A stretch of 64,000 nucleotides of DNA from Magallana gigas (lineage: Eukaryota), in NCBI RefSeq assembly GCF_963853765.1, contig NC_088859.1:20956001-21020000 (forward strand), given 5' to 3'. The position numbers and the translations under genes were made by a program. Shown here in pieces: positions 51,901 through 63,774 of the stretch (the first letter of the stretch is position 1; the number at the start of each line of letters is the position of its first letter). The notes below the pieces were generated by a model. That model did not search any database and was not told where the DNA came from. It worked only from the letters and a program-made list of their open reading frames with translations.

Positions 51901-54900
51901 ATGAAAAATTATAACTTTTGTTGTTTGGCAAAGAATTGTGTGATTTCCTTTATTACATAATTATATTTCAGTCTTATTTCACACTGGTCAATCTTAACAA
52001 CTTGTCAATGAGTTTTTTGCTTTCTTATTTCATTCCTACAGCTGGGTCTTAACGATTAAAAATTGCTAATTAAAAATCGTTTTCTCATCAGATGTTTCCT
52101 AAAAATGTGATGATGAAAATTTGTTCAGCTGCTGTGATACTTTAGTCTTTTACTCCAGTCTAGACTTCTTTAAATCAATATTACAAAGAAAAGTTATGAA
52201 ACTAGTAGATAAATTGTTCTTGAACAGTAAGAGGTCTTTCCACCTTATCATTTTTTTTATATTCAAAACATTTCTGTTTCAAATTTTTTTCATTAGATTC
52301 GATGAAATGATTTCCATACATTAATTTAAAGATTTAGTATAATTTTTTTTTTACCTTGACCTTTATGTCATTTTGATGGTCATAGTCATCTCTTCTTTTT
52401 GAAGTGATCTGATGTCTCTATGATGAATGGTTTAAAAATTGTGTTTTCAATGAAATTAAAAAAATTTAAGGGGAAATAACGCGTATACTGCTTAAAGGAG
52501 ACATCAGGGCTGCGTTTTACAACGGGACTTATGAATTACGACCAAATTAATGAATGCTTATTTTTCAAAATCTAATAAATGTTTTAATTTAATGGCTGTA
52601 GAATATGATTACAGAAATTAAAATATGGGTAAATTAATAGTTTTATTTAAATTTTGTAACTCAAAGAGCATTCCATGAGACTGAAAATATTTACGACTTT
52701 ATCGTAAGTTCTTTTGTAAAACACAGCCCAGATCCTTTTGGTATGAATAGATCGAAGGAACCTCTATGTAACTAAAGATATTGGTATAAGTTCCAAGTCT
52801 CTATCTGTTGTGGTTTCAAAGGAGTAGCGATAACAAGCATTTCCTTCACAAAGGGCAATAACTTACGGTAGTAAGTTCTCGAAGTTATATCAGGCAAAGG
52901 GTCGTCTGGTGCCAGAACTTTTAATGGCCATTTAGGTAAAGAAAAATTTATGTCAATATATCTAAAAGGTGGAAAGACCTATAGTCTGTTCCAAGATATT
53001 TATGCAGCACATTTTCTTAAATTATTCTATATTTATAAATACCTCTTGTTTCAAACAATAGTCATTCAATAGTATGAAAAAATCCCAATATTTTCCCTTT
53101 GAATGTTCCCTCTAGTTTGTAAAGTTTCAATAAAGGCTAAAATAAAAAGCCTACAGGGAATTTGGATTGCAAAAGAGATGAAAATACCCGATTGAAATTG
53201 TGTGTGAGGTATTCAGAGTGACATCTGAATGGAGAAAAGATGTCAACATTTCCCATTATAAATTTCTGTAAGAAATCTGTTTACGTTCGTGTGGTTTTTT
53301 TACAGTGAAAATTGATGTGTAAATGAAAATATCTTGGATATTTTCCTTTTCATCAATTTCAATTGCGCTTTTTTTATCATAAGTATGTGTAATTTTATTA
53401 AAAATTGTCCAAATGTGCTGCATAAAAATCTTGGGACAGACTATAGTGACAAAATGAAGTGACCTTCCTCTACAGTTTGTCTCCCGCTGAAAGTTTGCAA
53501 TATCTGTAATAAACATGACTACACTACAATTCATAACATACCAAATGAATACTGGGGATGTCTGTGTTCTCTGGATATGTGGAATGTAGGAATGGCAAAA
53601 ATATCTCATCATATTCAAAGAAATACACATACAGGAGAGTAGTTCTTGGAAAATCTTTCATGCCATACACAAGGAACAGAGATCGGCCAGGATGCAACGC
53701 CTGTAAAATAAAAATAAGATATATACAATACTTTAAACTTGAAAATTATATAAGCTTATAATAACAATCTACTGTGGTTTCATCAATATTCGTTGAATAC
53801 CAATTTTCGTGGATTTCGTTGTTAAGTTGATCCACGAAATTCAATGTTCATTGAAGTTCAATTTCAACTAACACTTTGTATTGATAGGATCATTGGCCAC
53901 GAAATTACGTATCCTTGAAACTGTGGTTTTCAGAAAATCCACGAAAATTGATACCCACGAAAATTAATGAAACCACAGTATTGTAGCTTCAACCTTGAAA
54001 ATCATGTGAACAGCACTAGCTAGAAAGGACTGACAAGCACAAGGACAGCCATTTGACAGTTAAACGACAACAGAACAAAGATAGACATTAGACGATACAT
54101 GGACGCTCAATGAAAAAAAACGGGATTTTTTTTATTTTGATTTTCTAAAATAAATCTTCTTGGAAAAGAAATATTCTACAAATGTTGAATTGAATTAACA
54201 AATATAGTTTTGTAATTAAAACTTTTAAATGGACAAGGGTATATAATAAATTTATCATCGTACATGTAACAGTAACCTGACCCAAAGAACCGGATCACGT
54301 CTACAAACATCTCATTGCCAAACGCCTCAATGCCAGGCGCGGCTCATCAGATCAAACTTGACGCTTCACCTCTCGTTTGATCTGATGATCCGCGCCTGTC
54401 AACTCAACATATAAATCTGATATTTTTTTATCAAGTTACTGTTATGATAATATATATGTATTGGTATTCATCAAAATGATGTTTTACTGTATCAATGAAA
54501 ATTAGAACCAGCTTGATTTATAAATTATTTAGTCTACCATACAGAACAAATTTGACAAAATGATAAACATTTGAATCAATAACAATAAAACCATATATTA
54601 TTTCAGACTGATAGTTTGGTCTTCTTTTCTCTCACTCTTCATAAATATGTAATTGCAATTTATTGCTCTATAACAGTTTACAACATGGCTGATGGTTTTG
54701 TATTATTGAGGCTCTCAATCACCTTGTACTCCCAGAGAGAGCCCGGGAGCTTCATATTAAACTCCTTAAGCTGCCAAATAGCATTGGAAATGGCTTTTTT
54801 ATGAAGAACATTGGTCACATTTAAAATGGTCTCAAGACTTGCATTGTCTGCAGCAACAAGAAGTCTTCCATCTGCAAAAAAACAAGAGAGAACATGAAAA

Positions 54901-57414
54901 GTGATGCTTTTTCTTTGTGATGGGACATCATCAATCTTTATACAGACTTCTGGATTAGAAAATACAACTGGAAAACAAGGTACTCAAAGTACTGATATCC
55001 AGGTTCATTTGATGTGTATTGAGAATGTTTTCAAGATATGGCATTATCACAGACTAAATAAACACATTGAGTCATTATTAATGAATTAACTGAGTTTATA
55101 TAAGCATGTTTATGCATATTTATATTGATATCATGGCAGGGTAAGATATTTAACACTAGATTAAATGTTGCATAGTTACGTTCTTAAAACAACTCCTGCA
55201 AAAATACAAGATGATGAAGGCTACAAGTGTATAAACAATTTATTACACTGCTCAGCTATAAACAGCTCAGCAACTTTTTGTTGCAAACTCCAAGTAAATA
55301 TTACAGAGAAGAAGAGCATCATTTCATGTGTATATACATCAGGTCACCTGATGTATATATGCATCAAATATTAATGCTCTTCTTGTTTGCTTTTAAGGGT
55401 GTATGTTCTCTATTCTAATGAAACACATCCAAGAGAAGGGTGAGGATTGGGGTGTTTAGCACCTCTTAAAACAAAAGATTGTTTTGATACTTAGATTAAC
55501 CTTGGGGCATTGCGTGTTGTTGACACATTCTTCACAGTAAAGAATTCTTTAAATGCTTAATAACTAATTGTATAATTTAATTTTTCAAATGATATCAAAT
55601 TCTTAATGACAACACTCTTAAAATGTTATAAAATTGTGTTGTTATAGCTAGTTATATTGACAATTTAAGAATGGATTGTTAATTTTCATTTTAATCATAC
55701 AACTAAATATTTTTAACTCAAGAATTTTTTTCCTTCTTTAAAACAATTTTTAATCAAATACAATTTCAGTTATTCAATTCAATACCATTTTATGAAATTA
55801 AAATGTACATGCATAAAAGAGCATAGTAATGCAAAGTAATGCCATGTAATGCCAGCATTTCACTAGATTTTGAAAAGTAATGCATTACATTACTATTCCT
55901 TGCAATGCTAAATTTGTGGCATTACACATTACTAGCATTACTTTGAAAACATGTAATGCATTACATTACAATAAACATTACCCCAAGCCTGATCAGGTGT
56001 AAACTTAAAATAACCAAATGGCATGCTATACATTCTACGTTCTCTTTTAAGTTGGAACTACATTTTTGTGAATTAAGGCTGTTAGATAACTTATTTTTTT
56101 CGCAAATTTGTGACATCACAAGTAAAGCCTGTTGGGGTCAGTTTTGCGTGATATGTACATCACAACACACTTACCTATTTCATTTCTCATTGCTTCCATT
56201 CTATAATCAACTGTCCATGAACCTAAATCAGTTAACCATTGCACTACATCATTGGTACTCCATCGTATCGGGGGTTTGTGAATGAGCAGATCTGATCCTG
56301 AATTTCTCCAAAACATCACCAGATACAGCAACTGTGTCAATAAAAAGAAGTATTTCAGCAACAAACAAAGCTTCATTCAGAAAATATGTTTTACATCATC
56401 ATTCTACATTAAAATAAGAAGCAAACTTGTTTTTTTTCTAAATATTCAACCATTATTTTCTATAAAAAAATAAATCTCAATTCTGTACAACTTTTGTTAG
56501 TGCAAAAATTACTGGTAACTTGTGCAAATTAAAAAGTTAACAAATTTACTCATTTTCCAAAATATGCAGCATAAAATTTAACAAAGAAAACCCAGATATA
56601 CAGTACACTTACAAGTATAATGCCGCCCATGACACAAATCCCTGAGCAGAAGCCTTGAAACCGTAAGTTGCCAACATTTTGGAAGACATTTCCTTGAAGT
56701 CTATTCTGGGAGCCAGTTGTCTGAGTTACTCCTTGTAGGGACTGTTCAAATATTCTTATCAATTCTTCATTTTCTGAACTGCGAACTTCCACCTCCCTCT
56801 CCGATAGTTTACTTGAATAGGATTTCTCAATGAGATTTCTGTATAAATAAAAATTTCATTAATTAAAAATTCACATGCAAAAGATGCCAAATTTTTTTTT
56901 GAATTAGCTTTTAATACTTATACATTTTTCTTTTAAGGAAATGTAAAAGAATATTATTATAATATGATAAAAAAATACTATACTCATCATGTCAATTCAA
57001 GCCAATAACACTTAAATTAATTGCATTGCATACTATATATTCTTATATATACTGCTATATTGAAAATGATTTTTGGATTAATTATCAAGCTCTAGCTCGC
57101 TGCTACTAGCTTCTGTATTTTTAATCTTATTTTCATAAATAATAAAAAAAAAATTTAAAACATTTTAATACACACTTGATGGTGATATTGACTCCTGGGC
57201 ATCCTAGATAAGCCTGCTGACAAAAGGGGCATGTTCTCTTTCGGGACTGAGTGAACCACTGAGCTAGGCACAGTCTACAGAAGCTATGGCCACACGTCAG
57301 GGTGGTCGGCTGAATTAAAAGGTCTGAACAACAGCCACAAATAAACTCCGACTCCATGGATCCTTGGCGTTGAAATACATTCAACTGTCCTTCTTCATTG
57401 TCCTCATAATCCAT
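48995..57414 (-). CDS. BFAR: Bifunctional apoptosis regulator (RING E3 ligase, SAM domain, multiple TM segments), 431 aa. Exons 57176-57414, 56613-56838, 56175-56331, 54723-54871, 53542-53700, 50291-50487, 48995-49163
   Basis: 1296-nt spliced ORF with GT-AG sites and matching phases. RING CGCCSDLLIQPTTLTCGHSFCRLCLAQWF...CPFC; SAM region LLIHKPPIRWSTNDVVQWLTDLGSW...IDGRLL...LPGSLWEYK; HPGRSLFLVYGMKDFPR; TM region EFLTYFTILPYWVVSKFCWAWFDVH and MIWPIVPSLICDFFFYSVLFFTP. All blocks parallel the human BFAR sequence as recalled. Confidence 0.93.
49384..49572. mobile_element. MULE-like MITE, 189 bp, in BFAR intron 6
   Basis: 58-bp TIRs (49384-49441 and 49515-49572, 2 mismatches); exact 9-bp target duplication TCGATTACT at 49375-49383 and 49573-49581. 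Confidence 0.9.
49640..50106 (-). pseudogene. Degenerate LRR-like coding segment nested in BFAR intron 6
   Basis: After a TTTTTAACAG acceptor: NIESKVYASVRRMSVASMLNSTLVADLLARRISINEEFDGKFFAEFTEYII*TKLRSIEV...KKNLTLLDLSLCPQLSENGVATMCASHIFW*MKFFVNENVKIHQNGVDSAW. The LTLLDLSLCPQLSENGV stretch fits the Cys-containing LRR consensus; two in-frame stops. Confidence 0.35.
52508..52728. mobile_element. PIF/Harbinger-like MITE, 221 bp
   Basis: TIR GGCTG(C/T)GTTTTACAA...ACTTA(T/C)GA; 3-bp duplication CAG at 52505-52507 and 52729-52731. Confidence 0.7.
53772..53978. mobile_element. Tc1/mariner-like MITE, 207 bp, in BFAR intron 4
   Basis: TA|CTGTGGTTTCAT ... ATGAAACCACAG|TA; internal CCACGAAA repeats; absent at the homologous site of the pseudogene (about 34130). 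Confidence 0.85.
54334..54398. other. 65-nt hairpin (24-bp stem, 17-nt loop) in BFAR intron 4; mini-MITE or pre-miRNA-like
   Basis: CAGGCGCGGCTCATCAGATCAAAC and GTTTGATCTGATGATCCGCGCCTG pair with one mismatch. Confidence 0.75.
55820..55990. repeat. Truncated MITE-like segment with GTAATGC/CATTAC short repeats
   Basis: Repeated GTAATGC then CATTAC motifs ending CATTACCCCAAGCCTG; the matching left end was not seen. Confidence 0.45.
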
Positions 57415-58735
57415 TCTGTTTCTAGAGAAAATATATATAATTTCACTAGAAACTACATGCATGGGGCTTGTAATTTAATTTTAAAAGCTTTGCTCATTTT
57501 TACAACATGTATATATACATGCACTGTCTTCTTTAGAACCTCAAAACAAGGTCTCTAGAACCTCTAGAAAATGGTCTTATAACAGCATTTACAATCTCAT
57601 AATTATTACAATTTTGTAACGCTCTAACACTTTTCAAGTCATCCAATTTCCATTGTTTTTTTCTTTATCATTCAAGCATGATAAAAAAAAAATTAAATTT
57701 TACTTAAACCATATAACTTACCAAGGCTCTCAAACTGAAAAATTGGTCCTTTCATCCAAAATAATATGGACCAGATAACCATCTAATTCTGCTTGTCCAT
57801 TATGTGTCCAATTGACACAGTAAATAAACAAAAATTTTTTACATGGACATTGTACAATGTACATGTACAAATATATTTATGATAAAAAAGATAACTATCA
57901 CAAGGTGGAAATAAAGGTGTTTATCAAAATAGAGATAAACATATTAATGTTTTTTTTCTCACATCCACCACAGAATACACAGGTTGACATATCTCTTAAC
58001 TATTTTTAATTTATAAGAGCATGTAGATAGTTTCTGAAAATTAAAATGTTTACAAATTCATGGTATCTTTACTTAATTGACATCAAACTGTTTGAATTTA
58101 AAAAAAATAAATAAACAGGAATGGCAATTTCAAATGCAATTTTTTGAATTCATTTTTTGGAGAGAAGAAATAAGACACTGTTTGATGCACACTCTGGACA
58201 AATTTGGGAAAATCGCTGCTTTAACTTGCATTTTAAAATTTTCAATTTGCTGACAAAAGAGACCTGACATCACCAATAATTTTGTTCACTGTACATAGAA
58301 GTCCCTTCTAAATGAGGGGCCAGGGACCTTATACACTTTAAATGTTTACATAAGAGCAACTGAAATGTATTGAAGCACTAGCTATAGCTACATGTATGTA
58401 ACTACTTTCTGTAGATATTGCCTCTGCAGACTGCTGATGGTTTGGATAAGCCATATAGGTTCTACAGTTTGCACATTCTTATCCAGCATTATATAGTGAA
58501 ACCACCTAGCTCTTTAAATATAATACTTATACCACTGCATTAGCATTTATTGGCACAACGGATATTGTCGGTTAATGCATTAAAGACGCATCTTCCTTTT
58601 TCCTGTAAATGTACAGTATTTATCTTGTTTTCTATAAAGAGCTAAAATGTTCGCCCATTCTTAACAAAGAAAAATGTGAACGCAAAGTTATCTAGAAACT
58701 GTACCTAATGAAAACGATCAAAGCCAAATACTTAC

Positions 58736-59037
58736 ATTGCAACTCATCTAAAAATCTTGTTTCTGCTCGTTACTACTGCGTCACTTTTATTTTGTTTGGG
58801 GTTCTACTTTCATTTTAAAGGTATATACCGCTTAGGTCCTGTTTAAAAAAATCTATTTATACAATTCTACCTGTAATAGAACACCTTTATTGTAGTCTGA
58901 ACTTCATTATTTTTTTCTGTATTTCATATGTACGTCACGGTTTGGAAAATTATGAAGAGTTTAGAGAAGGAATTAAGATAATCCCCCAAAATGATTGCTC
59001 TGTGCGGCCTCATAATTTGCCGCACTTTCGTCTGGTC
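58736..59037. promoter_or_regulatory. Bidirectional promoter region shared by BFAR (minus) and PARN (plus), including the probable first non-coding BFAR exon (about 58736-58790)
   Basis: Minus-strand donor AAT|GTAAGT at 58736/58735; PARN ATG at 59038; CRE-like TGACGCA (minus, 58777-58783) and TGACGTA (minus, 58931-58937). Transcription start sites are inferred, not observed. Confidence 0.6.
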
Positions 59038-62000
59038 ATGGAAGTCACAAGAAAGAGTGCGTGATAAACTGAATGATAAAATAATTAAGTTATATTCGAT
59101 CTAAAGAATTTATAAAAGTATTTCACTTATATTTGATTTTTTTAGATTTTTCATCTGTCCTTCCTGAAGTGGAGAAGGCTATCAACGAAGCTGATTTTCT
59201 CTGTGTTGACACAGAATTTTCAGGTATAAATATTTGTTCTCAAAATATTAGAAATATACATTATGCAAATTTTAAATAAGAAACAATGAAATAGAGAAAA
59301 TAAGCTTCACTCCTTTTCATTGCGATTTGACGACACTGTAGATCCACTGTAGGATTTTTATTAGATAATTGATATTTAACTATAAATTATTTTTTGTCAT
59401 CTCTTGTTCTTTTATTTAATTAGGTCTTCATGCATCCAGTTCTTTTCACATTTCATCACTTGATACACCAGAGGAAAGATACCACAAACTGAGAAAAGTA
59501 ATTATCTCAATTACTTATTTTAAACATGTGTTAAACTGGATATTTTTGAAAATTGTAATGTAGGTCTACATGTAGGTGTCACTGCATGAGACAATTATAC
59601 CGGTATCGGGTGCGTTCGCCCTATCCACATGTTCGCCTTAGTCCGTTCGCTCTAGGTCCCTTCGCTCTAATTATCGTTCGCCTTAAACCTCGATCGCTCC
59701 TTGTTTATAAATAAACAATATTATAAATTATTTCATTTGCGTTTAACTTAAAACTTGTTAACTTTTATTGATTATTCGTATATAATATGTTTTTTCTTCA
59801 TCAAAAATGACGTTACTGGTATACGTTAATTGTAAGATTTTATTGCCTTACATTGTCGATAACCGTCTTCTTGTTTTTAGAATGTTTCGCTTGCTGTTTT
59901 TAAACAATTAAAGAATTTGAGACTTTAATCGGCTCATTCAGAAGCCTAGCAGATGATTATCACCTATTCTATCTTTTTTAAACTACTGTCAACCATGGTG
60001 ATTATTATGTAGAAGTAAAAAGGGTGGAATTGTTTTCATTAATTATATATGTATCTTTCAAAATGTTTAAATTGACCAGAATACACAAAAATATATAAAT
60101 TAATTAATACTATATAAAATTAAGGCGAGCGGACACAGTGCGAACGGCGTCAAGAGCGAACGGACCTAGGGCGAACGAAAACTAGAGCGAACGGCGTCAA
60201 GGGCGAACGCGTTTTAGAGCAAACGAACAGCCAATCAATTATATCGCATGTCTCAATTTTATTCATTAATGAATTAAGTTATGAACTTTATCATTTATCC
60301 AAGACATTCATTAAATTGAAACATTTATATTTTTTAAGTGCTGTTATTGCTTTCTTTTTATTTGGTATTTTAATAATACATGAATGATAGAGTGAAAATA
60401 GGCATGAAACATATAAACATGTTTATGTCCCTGATAACAGGTGTGTGGTTCAGAACTGCCATACTTCTACTACCACTAGCTTAATTAACTAGGGTTAATC
60501 CTTTAGCTCAGTTGGTAGAGCGTTGGCTTTTAAACTAAAGGGTCTCGTATTGAATTGTGGTTTTTCCTTTTGTTCTATCATTTAATTATGGAATACAATG
60601 CATGCAATAGATGTATATGTATTTTGCTTCAAATATTGAAGGGAATGATTCAAAGAAAATCCATATACATGTATGCTGTACGTTGCTATATGTTTGCCAT
60701 TGGTAACAAGATGCCTAAATCATGTTGTGTCCTTTTCTTGAATTTCCTCAAAACATGATTGTGTAAGCCTTCAAACATAAAATCTTCTTTGAATGTTTTG
60801 TGTATTGTTTTTGATTATCTTTTTGATGTATATTTGCAGAGGACTGTTAATTCCTTCACTGCTTGAGTCTTGTATTATGTTTATTTCAATTTTTCAGGGA
60901 TCCTCTGATTTTTTGGTGTTTCAAGTGGGGCTTTGTACATTTTGTTATAATGAAGAAGATAAAAAGTATGTATGATAATTAAAGCTATCGACTTTCTTTT
61001 TCATATGAAATCATATATTTCCTAAACATTTTGTCATCTATTTTTTTTAAATCTAATTTCTTTTATTTTAGATATGAAGCAAAACCGTTCAACTTCTATG
61101 TTTTCCCTAAGCCATATTCAAGGGCAGCACCAGATTGCAGATTTTTATGCCAGGTATGTACATGTTCTTCAGATCCAGTGTGACAGAAAAGATAAATGGA
61201 GAGGCAGCAGTCACACCTTATGACCTTAAAAAGTGTGATATGGATTAGTTATTAAACTTAATGTTTTTGTGCTATTTAATTAGATAATCTCTTTGGGTTG
61301 TATTCTTTTAAAAGCATTCTTTAGTTTCTATCTTGTCAACAGCTTGTCATTTATATTGTGTTGAATTAGATAAAATGTTTTGAATAATAAGCAGTGTAAA
61401 CAAATAAATAAATGGAAATAATATAATAAAAATTAATTACTAAGCTGTTAACTGTGTATGATTCTACTTCATGAATATTTGTTATTGTATGATTCAGCTA
61501 CATGTCATGCACATGTATATATATTGTAGAGTTCAAGCATTGATTTCCTTGCATCTCAAGGTTTTGACTTTAACAAAGTTTTTAAAGAAGGTAAAAATGT
61601 TGTTCTTATTGTTACTATATATATATATTACAACAATTTCACATTAATGTAAAAATTGGAACAATAACACATGGGACGAATAGAGATAAGTTTTTTTGAG
61701 CTGAAATGATCGAAATAAACTTCTCTGTTTCTAGCAGTCATATGACCAGATCAGTGTTTTATCTTGTTCATTCATATATTGTTGCATATAAATTTTGTTT
61801 TGATGAATATCAAAGACCTACAGATTAATGTTTACAAGTAAACTGCAATAATCTTCATCTGATTATAATGCTTATCAGCCACGTGTGTAATGTTATTTCA
61901 GGTATACCCTTTATAACTTCTACACAAGAGAGTGAGTTGAGAGATTTGATGGAGGAGAGACATAAACAGTACAAGCAGTTTTCCTCGCCGGCCTTCGTGA

Positions 62001-63774
62001 CCCCTGACAGTGGGGCGGAAGCGGTCACAACAAAAGGACCCATAAATGTACCGGAGGAACACAAGGATTTCATCGAAGGCATTTGGTTTGTATTTGAACT
62101 TTATAAATCTTAATTCTAGGATACATCAGTAATTTTATAATATCCCAAAGGAAAGGAGGGTATACCATTTTACCCATGTATGTCTGTCTTAACAAATTTT
62201 TGTCACATTTTTCTCAGCAACTATTAATCGCAACTAGATGCTTGATATGTTAACACACTTTCTGTTTAATAAGTATGTTAAAAGGTGGGATTCATTATTT
62301 TTCCAATCAGACGTCAACTTTCCGTTGATGAGTACTTTGTAAATTTTCAAACTAATTCTCATCAAAGTTATTATCACAGATGGCTGAAACGTTTTTTCAT
62401 ACTATTTGTTTAGGCATGCCGTATAGTGCCATTCATTTTTTGACAAACTCAATTTCAACTTCCTGTTAAATGTCAACTACTTTATATTGTATTATAACAT
62501 CAGAGCGGGTTTATCACTAGTAACTACTGGCTCATAGATATCGCGATCAATTTATTTTTATTACATGTATTTGTTATTACATGTGTGTGTGTATATATAT
62601 GCAAGGCATGTAATGATGATACAAAAATGCACAGCCAAATGTAGATATTTGGCTTAAATTTTCACTAAATCTAAACTGATATTTAAATTCTCTTTACAGC
62701 AAGAGTGTTGAAGAGTTTTTGGAAAAGGATGGAGAAGAAAATCTGTCACTTCCACCATGTAATGGATTTGTAAGAAAGCTCATATACCAGACAGTCAGAC
62801 AAAGGTATAATCTGGTGGATTGAATGAAATCAAAGTGTAATGTAGCATCCCTTAATGTGTTTCCTGAATTCATGAACATTTTTATTTATCAAACTTAAAA
62901 ATTTATGGGTTTTGTATGTATTTTTGGAAAAATTACTGATGCATTAAATGAGTATAGAGTTTAATCAAACAGGTGTGAAATGGTTAAATATTAAAATAAC
63001 TGTATTTAATGTACATGATAAGAAAAATTGAAAAAAAAAAAAAAAAATCAGAGATCAGTAAGCTGAAATTTTGCATTATTTATAGGGTGTTCTTTGTTAA
63101 GGTTTCAGTCGGGGGTTCACCTGGGCGCCAAGACAGATGAGAAGAAACAGAGGTATATCCAGGTCACCCGCATCAAAACAGAGGATGAAATGAAAATGAA
63201 AGAACAGGAAAAACAGTCTGCAGAACTGGTTAGTGTGTAAAAAATTTTTTAGCTCACCTGAGCTATATTTAATTTGGAAAGAACTTTTCTGATCATCTTG
63301 TGTCTGCCATCAGTCAATTGCTTCGTAAACTTTTTTCATTTTCAAAAATTTTAATGAACTAGCTGCACACTTTAAATGGATAATTATCCAGATAAGTAAA
63401 GAGCTGCATGAATGATTTCCTGTATTTCTGATTGCCTCTATTTGTTATCATATTTATAATGTCTTTTTTTTTTGTAGGCTGAGCTGGAAGAAGCTGTAGG
63501 ATTCACCAAAGTCATTAGGTTGATATCTCAAAGTGTAAGTAAAAACTTTTCATTACGATATCACCATAGCTTATGCTAAACAGGGTACTGTACCCAAGTC
63601 ATCTTTAATCTACTCCAAACATCACTGTGTATATATATTATTGTGGTGTTTGTCTCTCTGTAGCGATATATTATTGTGTGGTTTGTCTTTCTGTAGGGAA
63701 AGTTGATGGTGGGCCATAACATGTTTATGGATCTGGTGCACCTACTGAATAGGTTCTGTTCCCAGCTCCCGGAG
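59038..63774 (+). CDS. PARN: Poly(A)-specific ribonuclease, 5' partial (continues past window end). Exons 59038-59056, 59146-59223, 59424-59497, 60898-60965, 61072-61153, 61530-61590, 61902-62085, 62700-62804, 63102-63228, 63478-63534, 63697-63774
   Basis: Spliced in frame with GT-AG sites: MEVTRK|NFSSVLPEVEKAINEADFLCVDTEFSG (DEDD motif DxE), [54 protein letters not shown], R3H region PPCNGFVRKLIYQ, EAVGFTKVI, GKLMVGHNMFMDL. Collinear with human PARN as recalled. Confidence 0.97.
59600..60235. mobile_element. Non-autonomous DNA element with inverted subterminal GTTCGCYCT / AGRGCGAAC arrays, in PARN intron 3
   Basis: About 7 GTTCGC(C/T)CT-like units at 59612-59700 and inverted AG(A/G)GCGAAC units at 60122-60228, AT-rich centre; CAATTATA on both flanks (59592-59599, 60236-60243). 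Confidence 0.65.
60499..60556 (+). pseudogene. tRNA-Lys(TTT)-like 5' fragment (tRNA pseudogene or SINE head)
   Basis: TAGCTCAGTTGGTAGAGCG (D-arm, A-box) followed by TTGGCTTTTAAACTAA (anticodon-arm like); T-arm/B-box degenerate and no acceptor stem. Confidence 0.45.
62135..62530 (-). mobile_element. Decayed Helentron-like (HINE) fragment in PARN intron 7
   Basis: TTTTATA...CCCAAAGGAAAGGAGGGTATAC hairpin-like end, (TGTC)n, CAACTTCCTGTT and GAGCGGGTTTATCACTAGT motifs. Confidence 0.45.
63244..63350 (-). mobile_element. Truncated HINE 3' end in PARN intron 9
   Basis: TTTTTTAGCTCACCTGAGCT...CTTTTCTGATCA is the reverse complement of the HINE 3' end seen at 44440-44482. Confidence 0.6.

Noticed and set aside
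60499-60570. Functional tRNA-Lys gene
   Set aside because: No acceptor stem or intact T-arm/B-box; kept only as a fragment.
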